Assembly: GCA_000165425.1 (NCBI GenBank)
Contig: CT867985.1
Span: forward strand, 620,001 to 684,000
Length of the DNA: 64,000 nucleotides
Origin: Paramecium tetraurelia
Lineage: Eukaryota
Reading direction: 5' to 3'
Shown: one piece after another, positions 12,083 to 25,638 of the stretch
Layout of the letters: each line of letters begins with the position of its first letter
Numbering within the stretch: the stretch's first letter is position 1
Program-made: the position numbers and the translations under genes
Notes under the pieces: model-generated
What the model was told of the DNA's origin: nothing
Databases searched by the model: none
What the model saw: only the letters and a program-made list of their open reading frames with translations

Positions 12083-13614
12083 ATGGGTTAATGTTCTTCA
12101 TAAAAGATTAAGTAATCAATGAGAGCAAAGATTCAAGAAGCGAAATAAAAACAATCATAAACAACCACTCCAAATAGGCAGACGACTTAATTGAATGGAG
12201 TGAGGTCGTAATCTCGGCACAATACACATTCAGCATTTTAATCTCATAATGATTTGAGTCAGCCAGCATATAGTTTGAAAAACATCAATTTTTTTTTGGT
12301 CTATAGAAATACAAATTTTTCTTCCTTTTATAGCTTACTTAAGTAGGAAGATAAAGATTTTCCATTCACCACTATTTAACACAACAATACTGGAATTGTA
12401 AGAATTATTAAAAGCTATAAATCTTCTGATTCAAAATACATAGCATCGCTACTCAAATATTAACTTGTATATTTTTATATCTAACTTAGCATCATCCAAA
12501 TTTAATACAATAATTCGAAATTTATGAGGAATAATAAAAATATCATGTAGCTGAAGAGAACAATGAAAAAATAGTAGTGCTAAATTCAAAAATTTATAAT
12601 GATGAAAAAGAAATTGCTTTTATTTTTAATTAGATAGTTGAAGTTATTGAATATCTGCATCATTAGAAACTGACTCATGGACATCTAACATTAGAATGCT
12701 TTGCTCTTTTCGGGGATAAATACTTAAAACTATATGATTTGTACCATTTATTTATGAAGAAAAAGCCAACTCTAGAAGAATCACATTACTTACCACCAGA
12801 ATATTTCGAGAATCAAGAATATTCTGAGGAAAGAGATATTTGGTCTTTGGGAATAATACTATATAATCTACTTTATCATAAATCACCATTTCAATCCAAC
12901 ATTGCCAGCTTACTAAAATTAGATGTATAAGCTTCTAATATTTCTTATGAGAACAAAATATCGGATGAGGCTAAATCCTTGTTATAGTAAATCTTAGAGA
13001 AAAACCCAAAAAGCAGAATCACCATAAGCGACATTACAAAACATATTTGGTTTAAAAAATAATAAATTGTCTTACCAGAAGAGTAGGTTAGAGAAACCTT
13101 GTTAAGACTCAGAGAATCAAAAAAACTTAACATTTTATAAGTGTATTTACTTAAATTCATTATTAACAATTATCCACCTGATAAATTAAGAGAAATATAT
13201 TCGGTTTTTCGATCACTTGATTTAGATAACGATGGATATTTTAGTATTTCCGAACTTATCACTTCATATACTGAATATGTTGAGGATTCGAACAACACTA
13301 AAATTATATGCATGAATATTTTTTAAAAGGTAGATATGGATAAGGATAAAAAGATCACTTTTTAAGAATTTATTTTATATGCTTTTGATCGTAAAGAGTT
13401 AATTGAAGAAGAAAGGATAGACATAAGTTTCAAATTATTAAAAAATAAAAAGAACTTTATTACTGCAGAAACATTGGCTACTTAATATACTTTAGAAAAA
13501 GAATTTTTTACAGAAATTATGATAGAACTTCTAAAAAAAGACTATGTATATAATTTTCTAATATTTTAGATGACTTTCCAAAACTTCAAAGATCTTATGA
13601 ATAAAACAGTTTGA
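12083..13614 (+). CDS. CDPK-like protein (kinase fold plus EF-hands), probable pseudokinase, N-terminal MGxC acylation motif
   Basis: MGQCSS; kinase elements RIIKSY, HPNLIQ, HYLPPE, DIWSLGIILY; EF loops DLDNDGYFSISEL and DMDKDKKITFQEF; HRD is HGH and DFG is DLY. Confidence 0.85.
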
Positions 13615-13730
13615 TTGAAGAATTATGATTTATAATTTTCATAACTAATTTAAAGGGGTAATTATTGTATTGCCTTTTATTTGTATCAACTTTAAAAAGT
13701 AATTAAATTTTAATCATCATAAAATTAAAA

Positions 13731-14951
13731 TCAATCTATGCAAATCATCCAGAGAGTTTTTAATAATTAATCTGCTGTTTTCCTTCTATCAACATCCCTC
13801 TCTAAACAATTTAACAACACTTCCAAAATCTCTTCATCAATTGAGTAGACATGTAGATCTTGTTTCTTTATTTTCATTTATAATTCTTTCTCTGTATGAC
13901 CACTAAATGGAAATTTGTTAAACAATAGAGCATAAAGTACAACTCCGCAACTCCAGATATCTGTCATTTCATTATATCTTGGATTTGGAGGTAGCATTTC
14001 TGGACTCATGTAAGAAGGAGTTCCATATGTGGTGTTAATATATCCATCAATTTCTGTAGCAAATCCAAAATCAATTAGTTTGATCTCTCTTAATAGTTAC
14101 GTTTAATTTACTTTTATGCATTTAGTAGTATGTTATCTAATTTGATATCTCGATGAACTATTTTTTTGTTGTGTAAATAATTCACAGCCTTCAATATTTA
14201 AAAGAAAATTAATTGAACTTCAACTTCTTATAAGTTCTTAACCTTTTTCAAAGATTGATCGCCTCCGTATTCCATTATTAAATTTATCTAAGCAATATTG
14301 AAGGATAATACTTACATTTTTATTGGATTCTACAACCTTGATCAAATGTATAATATTCTTGTGATTACATTATCTAAGAATTTGAATTTCCTTGGCCACT
14401 GCTCTAGCACGTTAAGGATCATAGAGTCTTTCTTTGGAATAAACCTTAATGGCCACAATCTAACCATTAATCTTATGAACTCCTTTTCTAACAATTGCAT
14501 AAGAACCTTAACCAATAATCTCTTAGATTTCATATTCATCTAATCTCTCTACTTTTTTTAATGGTTTAAATTCCACTTTGACTTTTTCCTTAATTTCTAA
14601 TTTTTCATTTGTTAGTTACTTTACCATTTAAGGTGCATTTGAATTTGATCTAATTTAAACTACGGATTTAACAGGTTCCATACGTTATTTCTTTGTAATT
14701 TTATTTTCTTCTTTATTTTTATTTTATTATGGTGAGGTAGGTGGCTATTTTGGCTTTAAGAGTAAATTCGATAAAACAGGGAGTCTAGGTTTCATATTTA
14801 CCTTTTTTGGTCTAACTTCTGTATTTTCATTTTGATCCTCCTAAGCAAGTTTGTTATCTATGCTCGTTTATTTAGTTTTAGCATCAGGCCTCTTCAAAAT
14901 TTCAGGAAAAGTAGTAAATTTAGGATATTAATCATCAGTAAATTGCCACAT
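13731..14951 (-). CDS. CAMK-group (AMPK/MARK-like) serine/threonine protein kinase
   Basis: IGQGSYAIV, VAIKVY, HRDIKLDNIL, IDFGFA, YGTPSYMSPE and DIWSCGVVLY are all intact. Confidence 0.92.
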
Positions 14952-14997
14952 TATAAAATAATTATATTAATAATTTTCATTTATAAAATTAGCAAAG

Positions 14998-17732
14998 ATG
15001 GAGGATGATATGGATTATTTGATAGCCTAATTAGAAAAGGAAGTTAACAAAATTGAAGTTGAAAAAACTGATGCTAGAAATTGAGTAAATTTTCATCTAA
15101 TTCAAGGAATGTATAATAGAGACCTCCAATTAATGAAAACCCAAAAGTTCAACAATAAACTGTTTAACCTCAATAATAACCAATTCAAAAGAATTATTAA
15201 GCAGATCAACAAAAAAAATAAACTGAATAAATTGAATAAACATAGAAATAGTAACAGATGTAATAAATTGAGAAGCAATTCTCTACTCAATAAAATTAGC
15301 AATAGCAGATCATTTAGCAATAATAGCAATAAAAGTAAGTTTATAATGAACCCTAACCTGTTAAAAAGGAATCAAATATAAAATAGTTAAATGCAAGCAC
15401 ATCAAAATTTATAGAATAGGAATAATTATATACTATTGTCCCAAGTTTTAAATCTTTTAATTTAATACAACAGGAGTGTAGTTTTATTACAAATACATGT
15501 ATGAAATAGCCATCCATTGAAAGCAATAGTTAAAGTTTGGCTTTTTATACAAATTTAAGATAGGCTCTCTAAAAATAATTACTTTAATTAATTGATTTTG
15601 TTGAATAAGGAAAATTGAGAGATGATATGTATGGGAAGTTTATTGCAGTAACATTTAAAGACTAATATGCTTTACTACAGAAGGCATAATCCTAAGGAGA
15701 TACATTATTTATTAAAAGGTATTTAAAAAAACTATTAATTTATAGAATTACTAATAGAATGAATATTTTAAAGGCAGAATAAACATTGATGTAACAAAAT
15801 CCTTCAGAAAATTTTGCTCAAATAGTTTAAAGAGTAAAGCCAAATATTATGATACCTCAGTCATAGAAGTAAACGTTGAAGAAACCTTAGCAGCTTTAGG
15901 AGTATAGATTTGTTACTATGATAGTAATATAAAATTAGATTCAATCAAAATCGATAAAAATGCCTAAAAACATTTAGAAGAAAATCTAGATTAATTGCCA
16001 ATCCACGTAAAATACGAAGCCTTACTAAAAAGATATAAAGAATATTACAATTACGCTACTTATTTATCAAATCATGCTAAAGTTAAGAGGAAAGAAGATA
16101 TTGAATAAGCACTTAAATTACTTGAAAAAGGAAAGCAATTAAGAGAACTTTTTACTTAAGGACAGAATCCCCCAATAGGAAATTACTTATGCAATGAAAT
16201 GTAGGAACTTACTTTAGAAGACTTTCATAAAATGAATTAATAATAATATAAATCATGTAATATGTTGAATTATGTTAGAATAAACTTTGCTATTCAATTA
16301 ATTGATGGAAGCCAATAATAAGGAAAAAGAATTCTATAAAATATCATTGCACTCAAAAAGAATTCATATAGGCTAAAATTAAACCTATAATCCTCATGAA
16401 GAGAGCAAATCAAGATTAAATTCTTATGGCTAAGCATTTGAGCATCTAAAATAATTATAAAAAATGCAGTGGATTCTATTACCAGATTTAGAGACACAAG
16501 ATTTGAATGTTTCAGTATGTATTGAAAATAAAGATATCCCCCCAAATATCATAAGAATCAAATTTCGAAAACTTGATTGCAAATATGAAAAATACTACTT
16601 ATTTTATTCTTTGGATACTAACAAGTACTCTTAATTCTAATTATTAGGGGAGTGGTGAGCAAATAAACTGAAATTTGTGACAAGACTTGTTCATTCAATT
16701 CTGATCATGATATTCCATTAGAAACTGGAGTTGAATATTCAAATAAAAAAATTGAAGTCAGACTATTTGAAAAAGGATTCTTTGGATCATCTGAAATAGG
16801 AGTAGGTTAAATAAGTCTTGAAAATATCAAAAACAAGACATTATTCGAAGGAACAGCCAATATCACAACTCCAAAAAAATAAGTCATCCAACTTTCTTAT
16901 ACATTGATGATTAGAGAACCTATAGATAAATACACATAGTTATAAATTTAATTTGTTTAAATAACAAAATAATACCCAGTATTTGATAAACAAGAAGGAA
17001 TGAAGGAGTTTTTGGAGAAGTTCATGGTTTCTTTGCCTACTTATGAATAATACAAAAAAGAGATGGAAATCAAAAGATAGAAGGAATTAGAAGAAGAAAA
17101 AAAGAGAGAAGCCTAAAGAATATAAGAAGAGAAATTACTTCAAGAATAATAGGAAGCTAAGTAATAGTAATAGTAATAATAATAATAAAATCAAATAATA
17201 GTAAATAAATTATTTAAATTAGTTCTTAAATCATATGGATAATAATCCAGAAATATAAAAAATAAAGGAATATATGTCTACTAATCCAAATCTACCACCT
17301 AATTTTAATATCGAAGACTTATTATATCCTGAAAATCCATTTACAGTAAAAGTTTATCTAAATTTAGTTTCCAGTTTTTTCCTTCATAGAAGAATACTAA
17401 CCTTTAGCAAACCAAAAAAGTATTGAATTGAGGTAAGAACCTAGTTTAAGATAATGGAGTAAATTTGTATAAACCATGTGGGAACAATACACTAAATAAT
17501 AATGTGTAATTAGTTTTTTGATATTTAGATAATAAGAAAAAATTTAACAAACGTTGGTGTTGAGTGGTATTTAGAAAAAATATAAGGATTAAATGTTTTT
17601 GATTAATTTCTATTGGATACCTATACAAAGTTAAATTTAAAAGATTGGGTAGAATTTGTAAAATATAGAAAATGTAAGTTACAAAAGGAATTAGAAGAGT
17701 TAGAGAATATGTAAAATGAAGAGTAAGAATGA
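14998..17732 (+). CDS. Coiled-coil/DM14-like plus C2 domain protein, CC2D1/Lgd-like (start uncertain)
   Basis: DM14-like ALLKRYKEYYNYATYLSNHAKVKRKEDIEQALKLLEKGKQLRELFTQG; C2-like KIEVRLFEKGFFGSSEIGVGQISLENI...LMIREP; helical C-terminus; several tiny introns; TGA 17730-17732. Confidence 0.65.
17162..17188 (+). repeat. Poly-Gln tract (9 codons) encoded entirely by TAA/TAG
   Basis: TAA TAG TAA TAG TAA TAA TAA TAA TAA in frame inside the CC2D1-like CDS. Confidence 0.85.
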
Positions 17733-17788
17733 TTATCCATTCTATATATTTCATTTAATTCATGATACAAATAATATATGTATAATTA

Positions 17789-19855
17789 TCAATTTTAGTT
17801 ATTCATAATCTACATGGATTCAGGTGATTTCAGCTTTGGTTTTTCAGGACTTGAAATGAGATGAAGAGCTAAATAGGCAAGTATTCTAATTCCAACAGCC
17901 AATCCTATTAATATATAACAACATTCCCATTTTGATAGATTGATTGATAACATTTCAACAGGATTGCATTTTTATCCTGGCATACATTCATATATAACAT
18001 CGTCAAACTCATTCTATTAAATGTTAAGACAATTATTTTACAATGACTGAAGCTTCAAATCCATATTTAAACATTGATAAATATGTGAATGGATAGAAAA
18101 TGTAAGGAATATTATCTTAGTTAACAAAAAATCCTCCTAAAATCATAAAAGGAATAACTAAAGCAGGCACTAATGCAGTAGCTACTTCTATTTTTGGTAT
18201 TATAGTTGATAAAAGTAATCCGTATGACACTGCATATTGATATGTTAAGAATTAAATTAATATTAGCATGAAGAATTTTCCTACATTAATATCACTTAAT
18301 CCAATAACATAATAGATAATGATTACACAAAGAGATGGATATAAAATCTAGAATGGAAATTCTGCCAAAGATCTAGCCCAAAAGAATGAATGTACACTAT
18401 AGGTTTTATTTATTCTTTCTCTCAAAAACAAAGGCCTTTCCATAGAAAATGTATGAAGGGCGCCTTAGATTCCTCCGAATGCATTACCAGTACAAATAAA
18501 AAAGAGTGCTCCAAAACGATTTTATAATCCTTCATTATAATTTCCTAACTATTAAAGTAAATTTAATATGATACATCAGAATAAACCAACATGAGCATGA
18601 TTGCATTAACAATAGATTAAAATATTTTTAATTTCACATCCATAGGATTTCTAATTTCATTTAAAAACGATCTTTGGTAGATCAAAACAAATTATTAAAT
18701 AAATCCAATATGAAATCCAGAATCATTTTCTTTGATAACAGCAGACTCTTTTGATTACAATTCTCTAATCATATTAGAAGAGTAATAGTTATTTATAAAC
18801 TATTTAAGTCTTTCTTCAAACTCTTCTTTTATTTTGGCTTCATCGAAATCTTCAGATTCCCCTGCTTGTATTTTCTCAACTAAAAGACCTTCTTCATTCA
18901 TCAGCTTCATAAAGTAATCTGAAGGATTTGAAAAATTGGGACATAAAAAACCCATATTTCCAAAATAATTAATAGCTTCTTCAGCATCTCCTTAATAAAT
19001 AATGTTTCCTCTTACTAACAGCATAAGTCTGTCAAAGTTGTTAAAGATTTCAGATGAAGGTTGATGAATGGTACTGACAATAGTTCTTCCATTTTTTGCT
19101 AATCTTTTTAAAAGATCAATGACTTATAAGGCGGTTGAAGAATCCAAGCCAGTAGTTGGTTCATCAAGAAAAATCAAACTTGGATTCGTCAATAGTTCTA
19201 CCCCAATACTTGCTCTCTTTCTTTCACCACCTGAAACTCCTCTAATTTAAGTATTTCCTACTCTTGTATCTGCGCATTTTGTAATTCCCAGCTCTCTTAT
19301 CAGGGCTTCTACTCTTTATTACTTTTCTTCTGGAGAGATTGTTAATCTCATATTAGCTGAAAAGTAAAAGGCCTCTAAAAGTATTTAAGGTTATTTTACC
19401 TCTTGGAGAGAATGTTGCGAGCAATATATCATCTTACATAACATAAGCCATTTAATCATTAAATTTATCAATATCTTCTATTCTTCTTCCATTCAACATT
19501 AATTCTCCTGATATTTATAAATTGTCAGAGATTAAGCGACCAGATAAAAAGTTCAAAAGGGTAGTTTTGCCTGATCCAGAAGGACCGAGAATTGCAGTGA
19601 AATGGGCTGGTTTCATTACTCCTTTTAGGTTATTTAACAAACACTTTTAAGTACTCATCTATAAATAGCTTATGTATCTATATACCTTCCCAACTTTAAT
19701 TGTCGCGTTAATTATAAGCTTATCCCATTCCAATTCGATTGGTGTAAATTTCCCTAATGAGAATTCGGCTCTATTATCTGTATTTACAAGTTGTTCTTCT
19801 CGATTCACTAATGTTTAATGAAGATACTACCATAAGTCTAAAGTTTTTCTGCCAT
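17789..19855 (-). CDS. ABCG (White-family) half transporter
   Basis: Walker [17 protein letters not shown], signature [13 protein letters not shown], Walker [32 protein letters not shown]-terminal TMD with ERPLFLRE. Confidence 0.95.
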
Positions 19856-20336
19856 TAAAACTTATTTTATTTATTATTAAAAGTAATAATTAATCTTGAG
19901 AATATTAGAGTTGATAAATCTTTAATTAAAACTCATCAATTCAACTATTAATATAAAACCTATGTTTTTATTATATAGATATAATACAAAAGTTAATAAT
20001 TAGTAATAACACATATTCTTTGAGTCTTATATATTAAAATTCTGTTTATACTACCTGTTTTACTTAGTTCAATTGTTAAATCAGACATGCTACTTTTTTA
20101 GTTCCTTAAATTATTATGCATTGGTTACTCTAAAATTAGTCATAAATATTGATGAAATTGAAATCTAGATAACATAGAGTATATTTAAAATTAATAGTAA
20201 AAATTAGCACAGTTTATAACTTATTATATTAGTAATATTTAAAAGTAAAATACCAAGAAGGAACCTTGTAAAATGATTAGAATAAAATTTTATGATTGTT
20301 TTATTATAAATAGCTATAAATTAAATAAATTTTAAT

Positions 20337-22695
20337 ATGAATAACAATACATTAAATAAATCGAGAAGATTGAACAATGCTTTAGATTCTAATACGCATT
20401 TAAGAAACATTCTATTAGCTTCCTTAGCAAAATTACAGTAACCAATATTATACGACTTTTTAGTTCTTAGAACACAGCCTAGACAGGTTATACCGAGTTA
20501 AGGGCTTTGATGGCATAATTACAATAATATCAATTTTCCATTTTAACCAATCTACTTGATTCTAATGATATTTCTAAATAAGCTAAAAAGGATTATATTA
20601 AAGTATTTGGAATATTTGCTGAAATAAGAGGTAGTGATATTTAAGAGTAGCTACCAAAAATAATATAAATAATAAATAAAAGAATATAAGAGGGTATTAA
20701 ATAGTGTTGATTGTTCTAGGAGATTCTACATTTATTTAGGTCATATCAGATACCTTTGCAAATATCAATGAATTTACAATTTAAACATCATCAAACAAAT
20801 ATGATTTGCTTTAATAGATTATAGAGCTATTGCAATCTAATTTTATGCATAATAATAGGGTTGCTCAATAAATCAGTGCTTAATCATTATATAGAATAAT
20901 TTAAACAACTGATGCATAATTACTGGAGACAATTTGTAGATCATACACGATGAAAACCTTAGAAATTCTAAAGTATATCTTTAAAATCCAATTTATAATT
21001 AGATCTCCACATTGTAAAACCTAATAAGGATTACTCGAGAGTTTATTAAGTTTTATATTAAGTGTAGAAGACATCTTTGAACCATATTTATAGGAGTGTT
21101 TGCATACCATCACAACCTGCTTGAATTCTGAAGAGTGGAGCTCAAGGTATTAATTTAGTTGAGATCTAGAAAATTTGCAATAGATATAATTCATTCATTA
21201 AGTGTGATTTTCCCTGATTATTTTAAAGTAAATGATCATTTCCTTAATAAAATAAGCGAATTGCGATTTGATAAAATTAAACATGTAAGAGATGCCGCTT
21301 TAACAGCAATGTCATCACTTAAAAATTCACGATTACACCAATAGTAATCAATTAAAGAACACAAATCAGTGTTTAAATCTAATGCTAATAAAGGATTTTT
21401 TGAAAGAACATCAGATATTTAAATTGTTGAGAATAGACCCAGAGATGAAGAACTCTATAAAGAGAAATCAAATTTTGCTGATATTCTTGTCAAAAATGAA
21501 ACACACTCCTTTATACTTTCTAATGATCAGATTGAAAACGAATAGAGAGCATCACCTGTTCAAATTCTAATAGATTCAAATATAAATTAATCTCCTTAAT
21601 GTGCAATTTAACCTACTTATCATTTTAATATTTAAGGATCTAGCAATTCTAAGGAAAGAAACTATGTTAATTAAAGTTAAGACTATCCTATATCATCAAT
21701 TTAACAAGCTGTTACACCTTAAAAGTAAATATAGGATAAGCAGGATCTATTAAAATTATATGATTCAGCCAAAGCTAAATAAAATGCCATTTTCGAATAA
21801 ATATTAAGTTAAAAACTGCAAATTTCAGAATAAAACACACGGTTAGAAATGAATCAATTAAACTAAAGAATAGATAAAATTGAATAGATTTTAGAAAGAA
21901 TGTCAGAAACTATCGATAAAAAGTTAAATTAATAATAGGTTTAATAGTTTTAAACTCAAAAATAAAAAGTTTTACCTGTTGAATCTTATTAGGATTCTTA
22001 CTAAATTCAATAAAATCCATAATCTCATGATATCTAACATTAAAATATATTTGACTCTCTCAACGATGTTCCATAAAAATCAAATACTAAACTTTAAGAT
22101 GCATTTTTCATAGCATAAAAGTCTTAATCATAGGCTGAGTCTAAGTTCCAAGAATCTAATTTTGAACAAAACTCTAGAGAAATTAGTGTTACTGAGTCTA
22201 AGAATAATTAAAAATCAATTTATGAAGTTTCTCCTTTGAGAAATAAAGATTAATCTATTCCTACTACCGATGGTAAATAAATAAAATAGCAAGTCTCATC
22301 TCCTTTAATTCAAAACCCTAAGATTGTTTAATAACAAAAAATAATGTAAAAGGTAGAGGAGTAAATAGAGGTAATAATAATTTGATTATTAGAAAAATAA
22401 CATTAATGAAGCATATTGTACTGCATTAACATCATTAGATGACTAGATCATAATTTCAACGATGATGAAGACTGGACCTTGTACAGAGAGGTTAGATTCT
22501 ACATAAGTTGAGTTTTTATTACATAAATTAAGAACTTTAGATTGGATTGAAAATGCACTTTAACATCATCTTTCTAGAATGCCAGCCATTTTATTGAAAT
22601 CAATATCTACGTCATTAAATAATATATAATAGACTGAGCAGGTTAAAAGAATACAAGATATGATTGAAAAAAAGAAGTTGTAATCATAAGATTGA
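20337..22695 (+). CDS. TORTIFOLIA1/SPIRAL2-like microtubule-associated HEAT/TOG protein
   Basis: LPKIIQIINKRIQEGDS, CLNSEEWSSRKFAID and RFDKIKHVRD (21264-21293); central coiled coil; C-terminal NINEAYCTALTSLDDQIIISTMMKTGP; several tiny introns. Confidence 0.8.
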
Positions 22696-22822
22696 TTTCA
22701 TAATTTTATTTTTGTCTTTATTAATTTTATAAGCTATGATCAAATGATTAGTTAATCTGTAAAATAGTGATAGTAATTATAAGATAATTTAAGAATAAAT
22801 TTGAATTTAATAATTATAATAA

Positions 22823-24084
22823 TCAGGATTTTATTTCTGTGATCATTTGAATGTTGTTTGAAATATAATTATTCTTATTTCTATTATCTGTTTATACTTG
22901 CTCTTCATCCTTATTTTTGAATGAGTCATTAGCTTCATTAACGTGATTCTAAGTGTGTATTGGACTCTTAAATATTAAGAATAAATGATACTTGCATATA
23001 ATCTTTGGGTTCATAAACTGATTACCTCAATTTTAAAAACTTAAGTTAGGAAATGCAAGTGAGTACTTGAACGATATTTTTTAAAATATTTTATCTATAA
23101 TTTATTTGTGTTAGTACCTTCTAAATGGGTTTTTACTCTCGACTACCCAATGTTTCTTGAGATATTCATTGGTAGTCATATTGGTTAAGACCAGATAAGA
23201 ATGGAAGAGCCACAAGCCGACAACGAAGCAAGAGAACTAAATTAAATGATTTGCATTACTCCGAAGGAATATATTACCAATATTATACTAACTGGATTGT
23301 GGGCAATTGTCTCAGATACTGCATCAGATGTATCCATAAATTCAGCTCTTTTCTTTGATTCATCCACTATATAGGAAATGCAAGTTCCAAATACAAAAAT
23401 CAGCATAAAAGATACTGACATGATAAAGAAGTAAAAATAAACATAATTCCTACGACCTATACATTATCCAATCCAAGGACAATGATGATCAAACCTTACT
23501 ACGCAGTTATCACACGAAGGACAATGAGATGCTCTTGCTGGTCTGTAAATTGCACCTAATAGATTCATTGAGGATTGAATACAAGTTGAACAATATTTTA
23601 ATTTAAATTGATGAGCCTTTATTGTAAACATCTTAGAATCTACAATAAACCTGTAATCTGATTTTGAATATTTTTAGGGCACTTTAAGTAGTTCTTCCTC
23701 CATTTCATATTCTGGCCTCTTTTTATATAAATAAAGATTACAATTTTCGGAATTATGCCTGGATCCATACAAACTGTTATTGATAATAGGAGGTAAATGG
23801 TAAGTTAAATCAATACGAACACTACAGTATACCCATTTTATCCATTCTTAGCAAATTCCTATTATAGCAATTATTTATTACAGGTGACATAAATACATAA
23901 AATAGAATTGATGGAATCGTAATAAAACTAACACTAGCTAATAATTTATGATTCTCGGAACTTAAAATTTAATTATTTATCACAGATACCCAGTAAATAT
24001 TTTTCCATTGCAAAATATTTTATTTGCTGTTTCCCAAATTTTATAAAATTCTTTTTTAACTCTTGGGTCTTGATATTTTTTCAT
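22823..24084 (-). CDS. DHHC protein S-acyltransferase (ERF2/ZDHHC9-14-18 type)
   Basis: [62 protein letters not shown]. Confidence 0.95.
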
Positions 24085-24902
24085 CCAATATTTTTATTAT
24101 ATTATAAAAAATAAAAATTAATGTTTTTAAATTAAAAGAACAGAATTCTCAATAGAAAAGAACTCTTTATTACTATCTACATTTCATAAACCTTGTTTTA
24201 TAACTCTTTACTGTTTTAATTATACAATACTCAACAAATTATTTTCATTACATAACTTAAAGTACATATTCTGTTTCAAAAATGAATCAAATGATTCACA
24301 TTCTAACTCAGAATATTTGAATTTAAGTAAATAATAAAATTTTTGAATTATCATTTCTTTTGGAAAAATAGAAATTTGATGACAAAAATTCAACTTTTAT
24401 CAGTATATTGTCTCTCTTAATTCTTAAAATCTTTTGACTATTGTCTTTAATCGATTAATATTACCCTATTTTATAATCTATATATATCTAAATTTGTTTT
24501 GTAACTCCAATAATATAATAAAGAGAATATTGGGGATATTCTATAAAAATTTCATTCTTAAAAGTCTTTTTGAAAATGCCATGAGGATTAATCGAATTTA
24601 TAACAAGTTAATTCATGAATTTCAGAGAATTCTAATCATCATTTTTGAATATTGTTCAATAAAGATTTGACTTGTTAACTCCTTTTAGTTCATTATTATA
24701 TAATAAATTGTACTGATTCCAGTTCTTCAATTATTTCTATAATTAACATTATAGCATAAATGATATGAACAAAAGGATGATCATTATTTATTATATCGCT
24801 AGTTTAATAAGTAGGTAAGATTATTATGATTCCTTGAGAATATGCAGTACTCATTTCTATTTTTATTAATTTTATAATTATACCAGATATTTTTTGAAGT
24901 GT

Positions 24903-25532
24903 ATGAGTGATATTAGTTTAGGGATACAGTACAACATTTAATAACTTAATAAGTCCTCGCTAATAAAGTGCTAGAAAATAATTCACTTAATAATAAGTTA
25001 AATACTTCTACAATTCAAATATATTCGCAGATAGACAACAGAACTACGATCCCACTCAATTCGACAGAAGCCAGATTATCAAAGAGGCCAAAACTCAAAG
25101 ATAAACATACAGCCCTCCTCTATCCCCGAAAGTCTAGAGAATGGAAAGATCGCCATAACCCTAAGTAGAGTTGGATATCATAACTGGAATGCCAATAACT
25201 GAGAGGTAGAGCCTATTAAGCAAGAAGCCTATGACAAAGCAAATGGCAGAAAAGCAAGAGTCAAATTGGGAGAATAAAACACAAAAAAAGAAGGAATCGG
25301 AGAGTCAATAAGGGGATAAGAAATATGCTTCTTTATATTTTGATAACAAAGTATATTGATGCTCATATTATAGAAATAATATGAATAATGGTTAAAATAG
25401 AATAAAGAATATGAGGACATCAATTATTTTCACAAGAAATAGCCAAATTCAACTAATAGTGTGGTTAAAGGGGATGGGAATAGTTATTTTAAGATTCACG
25501 GGAAATAATGCAATCAATCTTAACATAAATGA
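24903..25532 (+). CDS. Hypothetical protein (about 190 aa)
   Basis: Two introns (25 and 23 nt) give a continuous frame: MSDISLGIHPRQ...YFYNSNIFAD...YSPPLSPK...DIITGMP...QSQHK then TGA. Confidence 0.65.
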
Positions 25533-25638
25533 TAATAATTTGTACTTTATATTCAAAATTAAATCTATAGCTCTCTTTGTGTATGATTTTAAAAATATGA
25601 TCGAAATAAATTATTAATACAGTTCATTAATTATTATA

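Noticed and set aside
24350..24750. Small minus-strand gene between the DHHC gene and 24903
   Set aside because: An open stretch exists, but I could not build a consistent start or splice model and saw no recognisable motif.
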